This document shows positions 31,510 through 39,301 of a stretch of 47,598 nt of DNA, piece by piece (positions within the stretch are counted from its first letter, which is position 1; each line of letters opens with the position of its first letter). Both the position numbers and the translations under genes were made by a program. Below the pieces are notes generated by a model. That model was not told where the DNA came from, did no database searches, and saw only the letters and a program-made list of their open reading frames with translations. Source of the DNA: a virus (taxonomy: Duplodnaviria; Heunggongvirae; Uroviricota; Caudoviricetes); the IMG/VR virus record IMGVR_UViG_651053021_000003; one strand, written 5' to 3'.

Positions 31510-31819
31510 TCTACATTCCTTAACTTGAGCCTTTCGGCATAAATGGTTTGCATAACAGAAACGACTTCGTACTTAATTGGAGAGACTCAAAGAAGGAATA
31601 AGTGAATAACACCTGAAATGAGAACTGCTTTAGTAAACTACTTCGTATATCGTCTGTTCTTCAAACCGACGCAGTCATTAACTCATAGTTGAACATATGA
31701 AGCAATGTTTATTTTAGACATCCAGCCACCTTCAACCCTATCAACAAAGTAGTTTTCTCCAGGAACGTGTGTATGGTGCACCAGGTTATCAGTATTAAGG
31801 AGTTTTTCTGTCCCCTAAA

Positions 31820-32019
31820 ATGACAGGAATTGTCAAAAACTTTGACTACAAAAGCAGCAAAGGTCTTATATTCCCATCCGATGGCGTATCGATGCCCAGC
31901 TTCACGTTTCAGCTCTCAATCTTCGAGATGCAGAAGAAATTACCACAGGATTACGCGTGGAATTTTGCCGGATAAATGGTTCGCGTGGACCTTCAACTCC
32001 CAATGTTTATCCCGGGATG
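31820..32019 (+). pseudogene. cspF: cspF-like cold-shock gene disrupted by a 1-nt frameshift
   Basis: Frame a gives [22 protein letters not shown], then the CspF-like continuation [42 protein letters not shown] is in another frame; shift near 31884; no good RBS. Confidence 0.55.
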
Positions 32020-32052
32020 AGATTCAATATCTCTATTGCCCCATTTAAAGCA

Positions 32053-32090
32053 CAAAAACCCGCTTATCAGCGGGTTTTCTACTTTTTTCT
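32053..32090. terminator. Bidirectional rho-independent terminator (tR'-like) downstream of Q
   Basis: AAACCCGC-ttatca-GCGGGTTT hairpin with T-runs on both strands. Confidence 0.55.
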
Positions 32091-32184
32091 AAACGTCGGA
32101 TACACAAAGCCCATCGTTGAGAAAATCTTATCCATGTTTTTTGAAAAATGCAAACATCATGTCGCCATCTTCAGCAAAAATCAT

Positions 32185-32937
32185 TTATCTCGTCACCTTC
32201 CTCAATTGCGCTTCCGCGTATGCTTCTTCCTGCCAGCACTTTGTTACCAGTTTATCAATGACGTCCACATACCCCTTATACCACTGATAATCGGTCAGGT
32301 CTGGTACCAGCTTCTGGACATAACGTCGTGCCAGCGTGGTCGGTAAACGACTAAACCGGTTTCCATTACAACGCCCACAAATCTTATATACCGGTACGCC
32401 ATGAAACCGGGTTCTTTTTTCATCCAGAACAATCCCTTTACCCTTACACCCTCTGCACGCTGTGCTGACTTCGCCCTTACCATGGCAATGCTGACATAGT
32501 TCCTTCACCCATTCTTCCTTGATTACAGATTCCCCGCGTCTGTAGTGTTTCACCACTTCGCGCAATACATTATAAAATCCCGTACCTGAACAATGCTCAC
32601 AGCGAGCCTTACTTGCCGCAGACCTGGAGTAATCAGCAAAGGCAAAACTCACGAGGTAAGGAATAATCTGTAACCGGATTTCTTCACTCAATTTGTTCAA
32701 TGTCGGGTTATCCAGTGCCATCGCGTAATTTAGCAGGCCTTCAATCGCAAACTGAGGGTCCTGAACACCAACTTTTGCCAGAAATAAGGCCAACCCAAGT
32801 GGTGCTTTCGACTGCACCATCCCCTGCGCTGCCATTACATCCGTAATTGTTAAACCACCAGAGCCTGTCGCCGGTGCGTCATCGCTCAGTTTTGGAGATT
32901 TCGGGGAGTAATATTTCGGTAAGGCTTCAAGGTTCAT
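32185..32937 (-). CDS. quuQ: Late-gene antiterminator Q (zinc-finger Q family)
   Basis: 250 aa from ATG 32937; CxxC...CxxC clusters ([24 protein letters not shown]); upstream of lysis genes. Confidence 0.8.
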   Translation of the reverse strand: MNLEALPKYYSPKSPKLSDDAPATGSGGLTITDVMAAQGMVQSKAPLGLALFLAKVGVQDPQFAIEGLLNYAMALDNPTLNKLSEEIRLQIIPYLVSFAFADYSRSAASKARCEHCSGTGFYNVLREVVKHYRRGESVIKEEWVKELCQHCHGKGEVSTACRGCKGKGIVLDEKRTRFHGVPVYKICGRCNGNRFSRLPTTLARRYVQKLVPDLTDYQWYKGYVDVIDKLVTKCWQEEAYAEAQLRKVTR

Positions 32938-32950
32938 GCTCGTTATCCAC

Positions 32951-34039
32951 TTACGCCAGTACGCCAATTGCCAGCGCGCGATCGATAAAACGAAATATCA
33001 GCTCCAGTTGGGAGCCATACTTCTCTTCAAATGCCACTGTATCCGTATGCAGCTCGTTGTGATGCTTTCTGCACAAAGGCAACACAAAGAGATCATGTGC
33101 TTTTGTTCCCATTCCGCCCTGCCCGTGACCAATCAGATGATGCGGATCGTCGGCTGGCATACCGCAGCAAGCACACGGCTGTGTCTTAACCCAACGTGTG
33201 TATTTCTCCTTAACCCAGCGGCGACGTTTAGGCAGCTTCATGAAAGATTCCGGAGACTCTGGATCAACGGTGATGCTTACCACCGTCTTTTCCTGTGGTG
33301 GTTTTTGTTGCTGGTGGGCGTAAGGCAACGGTGCAAGATTTTTTGTGCGTTGTTTCAATATGCTGGTGGCGGTCTGCTCTCCCGGTACGATGTCGCTCTC
33401 GCGGTACACCGAGCAGATTTTTTCCGCTGGTAATCCCAGCGAACGACGTAATACCGCTTCCGGTAGCGCGTCCGCCACCTGATTGCGGAGCGCCCACCAG
33501 GATAATTCAGCCAGAGATAATTCACGCTCCTGCGTACCGCTTATTGCGTGACCGATGACGTCAATCATCCATGCTGACAGGTTTTGATGAGCAAGTTGCT
33601 CGAGTGATTCGGATGTCTGGTCACGCAGTTGGTTGTCGCAGTGCCAGCACAACACCATTGCGCCGGTACCATAACGGTGAATGACGGTTTCGCTGTGATG
33701 ATAATCGCCGTGCGGCCACTGGCAGGATTTAATATGGCGCAACAGCCAGTCAGACAATGCACCAGCACCACCAGCAGCACGAATCACCCGTGCGTTACTG
33801 AAAAACGGCAGCAATGTTTTGTCTTCCACCAGCGGCTGGCGAACGGCAGGAACGACCCCGGACGGCAGATTACGCATGCTTTTCGGTTCCGGCTCCACCA
33901 GTACCCGGGTATTGTGGAATACCGGCATGGATTCACGGCCTAGTTTAAGGACCACCAGCCCAAGCTCTGGCACCAGAACAGGTCTAAGTAATACCCGCAC
34001 GTTACCTCCAGATCCGTTGCTGGAAAGTGCGGGACGCAC
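32951..34039 (-). CDS. ydfU: DUF968-family prophage protein YdfU-like
   Basis: Cys/His-rich C-terminal region; synteny with Q and rem in Qin; true start may be internal ATG at 33928. Confidence 0.7.
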   Translation of the reverse strand: MRPALSSNGSGGNVRVLLRPVLVPELGLVVLKLGRESMPVFHNTRVLVEPEPKSMRNLPSGVVPAVRQPLVEDKTLLPFFSNARVIRAAGGAGALSDWLLRHIKSCQWPHGDYHHSETVIHRYGTGAMVLCWHCDNQLRDQTSESLEQLAHQNLSAWMIDVIGHAISGTQERELSLAELSWWALRNQVADALPEAVLRRSLGLPAEKICSVYRESDIVPGEQTATSILKQRTKNLAPLPYAHQQQKPPQEKTVVSITVDPESPESFMKLPKRRRWVKEKYTRWVKTQPCACCGMPADDPHHLIGHGQGGMGTKAHDLFVLPLCRKHHNELHTDTVAFEEKYGSQLELIFRFIDRALAIGVLA

Positions 34040-34280
34040 GTGGTGGGCGTTCGGAATAAGGCAGCCTGACAGAGATTATCCAGTGCCGATAGTCGAGACT
34101 GAGAGCTTTCTTAACCTCGAACCCGCGCCTGCGGTAAGAATGAATCAGCCATTCGGCCTGTTCTTCAGTGCATGGGGGATGCTGGTACCAATCAGATTTA
34201 AATGCGTGAGAGCGCCGCCCGTGCCTGCTGGCAAAGACGGCAGAATCATCAGAATTGTGTAATTTGGTATCGTGCGCCAT
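34002..34280 (-). CDS. Hypothetical protein in the rem position
   Basis: 92-aa ORF upstream of ydfU; assignment by synteny only. Confidence 0.4.
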   Translation of the reverse strand: MAHDTKLHNSDDSAVFASRHGRRSHAFKSDWYQHPPCTEEQAEWLIHSYRRRGFEVKKALSLDYRHWIISVRLPYSERPPRASRTFQQRIWR

Positions 34281-34350
34281 CGGTTGTCTCTGCTGGCGCA
34301 GCAGGTGCCAGTTGTTCAGGCTGGCCTGTGGATTGTAAACCAGAATACGT

Positions 34351-34375
34351 AAAACAAAAACCCGCCGAGGCGGGT
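34351..34375 (-). terminator. Rho-independent terminator after the HTH-ImmA operon
   Basis: CCCGCC...GGCGGG hairpin followed by T-run on minus strand, ~12 nt after the operon stop. Confidence 0.5.
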
Positions 34376-34386
34376 ATGAATGAGAA

Positions 34387-35532
34387 TTATTTTTGTTTTA
34401 TGGTAAATGAAATAACATTGTCAGAATGAATCATATCTGATTCTTTAAATCGTGTAATTGCAGATAACTCATTTAAGGGAAGAGCAAAGATATCAGTTAA
34501 CTCAGTTACCTTTATGATTGAATGCTTATCAAGAAGTAAAAGTAACTTATTAAGTAACTCAGGCTCTTCTTTTGGGATTGCATCATCTAACGGCTCCCTA
34601 CGATGGAATGGCGCTAATTGCTTAAATATATAGCTTTTCTGATTATCGCTGATTAACTTAAGGCTATGACTCCTCATGGCAATACTACCGATAGATGTAA
34701 TCCAACGTAGTTTTAATCGTTCTAACGCTGATAAATTTGGACTATAAAATTCACGCCCGAAAGTGGTGGCTGGCATTAAAAAGCTGGAGGCAAAATAATC
34801 GGCCTGCAACTCCACCAGGTCGAATAATTCTTTATCATTCAGGTAGTCATCCTCCACTGCCCTATGCATAATTAAATGGCCAAGTTCATGAGCAAGACTA
34901 AATCGCATGCGAACAGCTGTCTTCGAGCTATCTAACATAATTAAAGGCCGCCCATTATGCCAGAACGAAAAGGCATCAACTTTCTCACCAGAAGGTAAAT
35001 GAGAAACCACGATTCCTTTATTTTCAACAAGTCTAGTTAAATTGAGTATTGGACCATCACCTAACCCCCAAAAACGCCTTAATTGGGTGGACATATCCTC
35101 AATATCAGATAGAGACAGAACCTCAAAATCAATAATATCGAATTCAGGCAGAACCACATCTGGTAATTGAGCATATTTTAGACATTCATCCAATATTAAT
35201 GCCGCCCAACGCCCACGTGTTTTCCCTGTAACTCGAGCCTTTTTGGTCGCAGTTGAACGACTTCTAAAATGAATCGCCCCCTCCAGAGATGGAGAAGCAC
35301 TGGAGGCTAAGAAAAATCGTTCTGGAAATCCTAACACCTTGGCTATTGCAGAAAGTGTATCAGCAGAGGGAGACTTCAACCCCTTCTCAAATGACGAAAT
35401 AGCTTGTCTTGAAATATTGAGCACTCTGGCAAGTTCAGCCATCGTCAACCCTTTTGCCTCTCTTGCCTCCTCAAGGCGACGAGGATTAAACGATTTATCA
35501 GTAAATGGTGTTTGTGCGATATTCATGCTCAT
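34387..35532 (-). CDS. Fused XRE-type HTH / ImmA-IrrE family zinc metallopeptidase (COG2856-like) protein, 381 aa
   Basis: N-terminal HTH (LTMAELARVLNISRQAISSFEKG); HEXXH motif HELGH in central domain; ~42% GC. Confidence 0.85.
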   Translation of the reverse strand: MSMNIAQTPFTDKSFNPRRLEEAREAKGLTMAELARVLNISRQAISSFEKGLKSPSADTLSAIAKVLGFPERFFLASSASPSLEGAIHFRSRSTATKKARVTGKTRGRWAALILDECLKYAQLPDVVLPEFDIIDFEVLSLSDIEDMSTQLRRFWGLGDGPILNLTRLVENKGIVVSHLPSGEKVDAFSFWHNGRPLIMLDSSKTAVRMRFSLAHELGHLIMHRAVEDDYLNDKELFDLVELQADYFASSFLMPATTFGREFYSPNLSALERLKLRWITSIGSIAMRSHSLKLISDNQKSYIFKQLAPFHRREPLDDAIPKEEPELLNKLLLLLDKHSIIKVTELTDIFALPLNELSAITRFKESDMIHSDNVISFTIKQK

Positions 35533-36143
35533 GATTGCTGTGATTTAATTATTTGTTCGGTAAGAATCTTGATTTTATCTTCAATCTCAGAATCCACATT
35601 TTCTGCTTCAACTTCTACCATCGTCATAATTGGTAAAGACTCAGTATAAAGAATCCCGTAATTATCCGAAGAAGGAACAGTTAAATTCAGTTTGGACAAG
35701 TGCTGATTACTGCCATCATGTAACATATAAACATGTCCACCAGACGCTCTCCCATCCAGGGAGTCGGCATTTTCATCCCCAAAATTCAATTCATAATTTT
35801 GATTAGCGTAAACAGCTCTATACAATGCCTGCTTAGGAAGTGGCGCATTACCCGATAAATGATGTGCCGTCATTTTCCAGTTGTTCGAGTGAATCGCAAT
35901 GTGTTTACAATTTTTAGCAGCATTGCTACCGACTTCAAAATCCAGCCCCACACGCTTAGCCGCATTCTCAAGCAATGCATCGGCATAAAACCAGCGCAAA
36001 TATGACTGTGCTTGAGCCCAAAAAGAACCAAACTCTTTTGCCTTCATATGCGAATGAAGATAAGCCTGTGCTAACGCGATCGAAAGCTCTTTGCGGCACT
36101 CCTTGTCATATGCTTCTAACAACTGTTGAGATAAATTCTGCAT
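35529..36143 (-). CDS. Hypothetical 204-aa protein co-operonic with the HTH-ImmA gene
   Basis: ATGA stop-start overlap with downstream gene; no recognised motifs. Confidence 0.65.
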   Translation of the reverse strand: MQNLSQQLLEAYDKECRKELSIALAQAYLHSHMKAKEFGSFWAQAQSYLRWFYADALLENAAKRVGLDFEVGSNAAKNCKHIAIHSNNWKMTAHHLSGNAPLPKQALYRAVYANQNYELNFGDENADSLDGRASGGHVYMLHDGSNQHLSKLNLTVPSSDNYGILYTESLPIMTMVEVEAENVDSEIEDKIKILTEQIIKSQQS

Positions 36144-36169
36144 GACCGTAATATCCTTGTTGTTTTGGT

Positions 36170-36206
36170 GTCAACCATATTTCCATTTAACATCGACTTT
36201 GTCAAC
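36170..36206 (-). promoter_or_regulatory. Candidate sigma70 promoter for the 204-aa/HTH-ImmA operon
   Basis: Perfect -35 TTGACA on the minus strand with an AT-rich -10-like element ~17 nt downstream. Confidence 0.3.
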
Positions 36207-36218
36207 CAGATAGATGCT

Positions 36219-36241
36219 AGAAAAACCCGCCGAAGCGGGTT
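36219..36241 (-). terminator. Rho-independent terminator downstream of hok
   Basis: AACCCGC-cgaa-GCGGGTT hairpin followed by T-run on minus strand. Confidence 0.5.
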
Positions 36242-36309
36242 AAGCGCGGGTGCATTGAGGATGCCTGACTCATCAGAGGTGGCGAGGGATTTCTCCCCCG
36301 CCTAGTCTC

Positions 36310-36465
36310 TTACTCCTCAGGTTCGTAAGCTGTGAAGACAGCGACCTCCGTCTGGCCGGTTCGGATTCGTACCTCGCAGAGGTCTTTCCTCGTTACCAGT
36401 GCCGTCACAATGACGGTTAAACAGATGACGATCAGGGCGATTAACATCGCCTTTTGCTGCTTCAT
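36310..36465 (-). CDS. hok: Hok/Gef family type I toxin (51 aa)
   Basis: MKQQKAMLIALIVICLTVIVTALVTRKDLCEVRIRTGQTEVAVFTAYEPEE matches recalled Hok; an in-frame upstream extension to 36522 (70 aa) may be a mok-like leader. Confidence 0.9.
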   Translation of the reverse strand: MKQQKAMLIALIVICLTVIVTALVTRKDLCEVRIRTGQTEVAVFTAYEPEE

Positions 36466-36504
36466 AGCCTGCTTCTCCTTGCCTTTCGGCACGTAAGAGG
36501 CTAA

Positions 36505-36590
36505 CCTAGATTTGCCGTTCATAGATTGAGCCTCAGATTAATGTTAAGCGTCTTGCAGGACGCGTAATGTTAACTGGGGCTTTTCTCTAT
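36505..36590 (+). ncRNA. Putative Sok-like antisense RNA (approximate)
   Basis: Inferred from hok architecture; candidate TTGCCT-N17-TAACCT promoter and hairpin GCGTC-ttgcag-GACGC on the plus strand opposite the hok leader. Confidence 0.3.
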
Positions 36591-36676
36591 CTGCCTTTGG
36601 TGTTCATGCCTGAGGCAGATAGCCTCAAGCACCCGCAGCAATTCTACTTAACTCACGTCACCTCGCCAATATAAAA

Positions 36677-36766
36677 TCAATCAGAAAGGCGATCCATAAG
36701 AACAACAGCAAGGCAATAAATTGCCATTACAGCAGCAATAGCCAGCGCACATTTGAGAACCAGCAC
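36677..36766 (-). CDS. Candidate 29-aa hydrophobic peptide (possible type I toxin-like small membrane protein)
   Basis: AGGAGG then 5 nt then GTG; translation (M)LVLKCALAIAAVMAIYCLAVVLMDRLSD has one TM helix and a charged tail. Confidence 0.3.
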   Translation of the reverse strand: MLVLKCALAIAAVMAIYCLAVVLMDRLSD

Positions 36767-37266
36767 CACAACCTCCTGTATTGGACGTACACCAGTCCTG
36801 ATAAATATGAGGCTGTCTCGTCAGTGATTCAATACAACTATTGGGTATAGTTTCTGTGATTTTGTTCTGTAGAAATGGAACACAACAACCAGTCACCACC
36901 AGCACTTCTTTAAATACGCCAAGTCCGACGCAAGCTAACTTTCTAGTCCGCTTTGAGCGAGAAGCAGACATTTACTTAACTGGATAGCAAGAGACTTCAT
37001 ACTACAGCTCATACATCATGGTTGATCCCGGAGTTTTCAGTAATGGAAATTGCCCACATGATCGTACCGTAACCACATTAGAAGCAGGTTCACTTTGTGA
37101 ATTTTGATTGTGTCAACCTATCAGTTTTGAATTTTTATAAAAAATATTCGCAAATTTGTGAATTATGAGAGACATACGAGCATGGACAACCAATGTTACT
37201 TTCATACACAATTAAGCAACATGATAAAAATACACTGACTTTAGTAAGTAAATTTAGGAGATTGCG

Positions 37267-38601
37267 ATGTTTAGCTTAATCATGGCCGGAGAACCGGACG
37301 TTTTTGACCGCTGGCCGTGTATGGACCCTGAGCTTAAAGAAGGCAAGGAAAGCTTCTCGATGTCCCGCATGCTGGAAGGCACCCCAAGCGATATTTACAG
37401 TAAATTAACACCAATAAGACCCGATACCTTAAGAGAACTCGCCAAGTTACCGGTGTTGTTCATGACCGAAATTTATACAAAAGATGATGAATATGATACA
37501 AACAAGTACATCAGGATCAGGCTTGGGGAAATAAGAAATTTACGTAAAGATGGTGGCGATATTTTATTTTCTTTCAAGATTAATCATGATTTTGGAGAAA
37601 TAACAAATCCCCAAACGACATTATATAAAGAAACCCTAGGACTAGGATCTTTCGGGTTAAGTCGTACACATTGGGCAGTAAAAAATAAGGATTTGAATAT
37701 TGTTCTGGAATTACTTGGTTTAAACCAAAAAAATAGCCATCTGAAAGGTACAATCAAATTAAAAAAACAAACATACCCAGTAGTCGAGAATATTATAGAT
37801 TATCTTGATTTCATTAGGAAAAACTTTCGTGATGGTCTCATTACCTTTTATCGTGGACACTCTAAAAGCTCATATGAGCTTGTCCCCTCTCTTTACAGAA
37901 AAAATCAAAACGGGACGTACAGGCATCTTGCTTCAGAATCTGATTTAGTACGTGAAATACTCAGCGCAAGACCAAATGAATTTAAGGGGGATAAATTTAC
38001 GATTGATAAACTTGTCCGCATGCAGCATTATGGCTTGCCTACAAGACTCTTAGACATTACATCTAACCCACTGATAGCATTATATTTTGCTTGCTGTTCG
38101 AACCCCGATGAAAACGGACAGGTGATTTCGTTTTCAACAAACAGAAAGAAAATTAAATATTTCGACTCAGATACAGTGAGCTGTATAGCAAACTTATCAC
38201 TTTTATCTTACGAAGAGTTGGAAAAATTGTCTTCCATTGATGCCAGAAAAGGTAATATGGAGTTATTAGAACTCACTGATAAACTTGCAGACCTTATACA
38301 GAATGAAAAATCATATTTCAGAAACAGAATAAGCCCTGATGACTTAAAGAAAGTTGTTTTCCTTAAGGCTAAAATAAATAATGAACGCATACAATCTCAG
38401 GCAGGAGCTTTTCTTCTGTTCGGACTTGATCCCATTTTACCGGAAACAGATGCTGAGTTTCCTCTTAACAGAGTGGAGATAGCGAACAAAAATAAAATTC
38501 TGGAAGAGCTGGCACAGCTTAATATATCCGAAAGCACTGTATATCCCAGCATGGAGAAAACGGCAGCAGAAATTACAAAAAAGTTTTTATCGGTATCATA
38601 A
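37267..38601 (+). CDS. FRG-domain protein (444 aa), function unknown
   Basis: Motifs FYRGHSKSSYELVPSLYR, RMQHYGLPTRLLDITSNPLIALYFAC, QAGAFLLFG; AGGAG RBS; body ~33% GC, first ~45 codons ~50% GC. Confidence 0.8.
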   Translation: MFSLIMAGEPDVFDRWPCMDPELKEGKESFSMSRMLEGTPSDIYSKLTPIRPDTLRELAKLPVLFMTEIYTKDDEYDTNKYIRIRLGEIRNLRKDGGDILFSFKINHDFGEITNPQTTLYKETLGLGSFGLSRTHWAVKNKDLNIVLELLGLNQKNSHLKGTIKLKKQTYPVVENIIDYLDFIRKNFRDGLITFYRGHSKSSYELVPSLYRKNQNGTYRHLASESDLVREILSARPNEFKGDKFTIDKLVRMQHYGLPTRLLDITSNPLIALYFACCSNPDENGQVISFSTNRKKIKYFDSDTVSCIANLSLLSYEELEKLSSIDARKGNMELLELTDKLADLIQNEKSYFRNRISPDDLKKVVFLKAKINNERIQSQAGAFLLFGLDPILPETDAEFPLNRVEIANKNKILEELAQLNISESTVYPSMEKTAAEITKKFLSVS

Positions 38602-38838
38602 AGGGATAAACTAAAGGCAACGAAAACTAAGACTGCGCAGTCTTCAGGTGAAAGTACTCATCGGGAACGGTTTCAGGGTCAAAAACTGGAAGCTCCAGTG
38701 GCCTTGAGCTGCTCCCTATAAATTAACATATCTCAATGTTATCAATGTCTGCTTTTGGCACAAAGCGGACAACCACGCTAGCTCTACCCTGTGCCACAAA
38801 ATGTCAATTTGCATCTGAACTAATGCACTTTAATCTCG

Positions 38839-39261
38839 TCACTTCAATAAATACCGAACATCCCCCTGATAAAACGACAATATGCGCTGCATAACTTCAC
38901 TCTTCCGGCACTCGCGACAGATTATGTTCTGACGCCTGTCGTAGCGACGTATTTCTCCGTCAGGTAATGACCAGATAAGGTCCGGATCAACCGCAGATGG
39001 TTTCTTCAGCTTTGCCCTTGAGAGCTTTTTACGGGCATTTTGCCAGTCCTTACGCGCCTGTTCAGACGGGAATAACCCGTAACCAGAGTTGTATACATCG
39101 CCGCTGGCAACCAGCTCTCTTGCGAGAACGCTCATCAGAAATCTTGTCGCACCTGTTTTGACTTCCAGTTGCCGTAACGTCTCACGCCCACTCTGGCGTA
39201 CGAGTTCAACAACCTGCCCTTTAATTTTTTCTCGCTCTTCTTGTGTAAAAACTTTTGCCAC
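38839..39261 (-). CDS. Hypothetical early-region protein (140 aa)
   Basis: Basic protein with CxxC pair near C-terminus; downstream of putative initiator gene. Confidence 0.45.
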   Translation of the reverse strand: MAKVFTQEEREKIKGQVVELVRQSGRETLRQLEVKTGATRFLMSVLARELVASGDVYNSGYGLFPSEQARKDWQNARKKLSRAKLKKPSAVDPDLIWSLPDGEIRRYDRRQNIICRECRKSEVMQRILSFYQGDVRYLLK

Positions 39262-39301
39262 AAGTCCTCCTGAAAATTACCTCATGACCAGAAATCAACA
39301 C

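Noticed and set aside
36681-36971. 96-aa Cys-rich ORF (…CGAGSQMCAGYCCCNGNLLPCCCSYGSPF) resembling a cysteine-rich peptide
   Set aside because: No RBS before its ATG; the Cys-rich tail is the alternate frame of the GCT/GTT-rich hydrophobic peptide ORF, which has a perfect AGGAGG.
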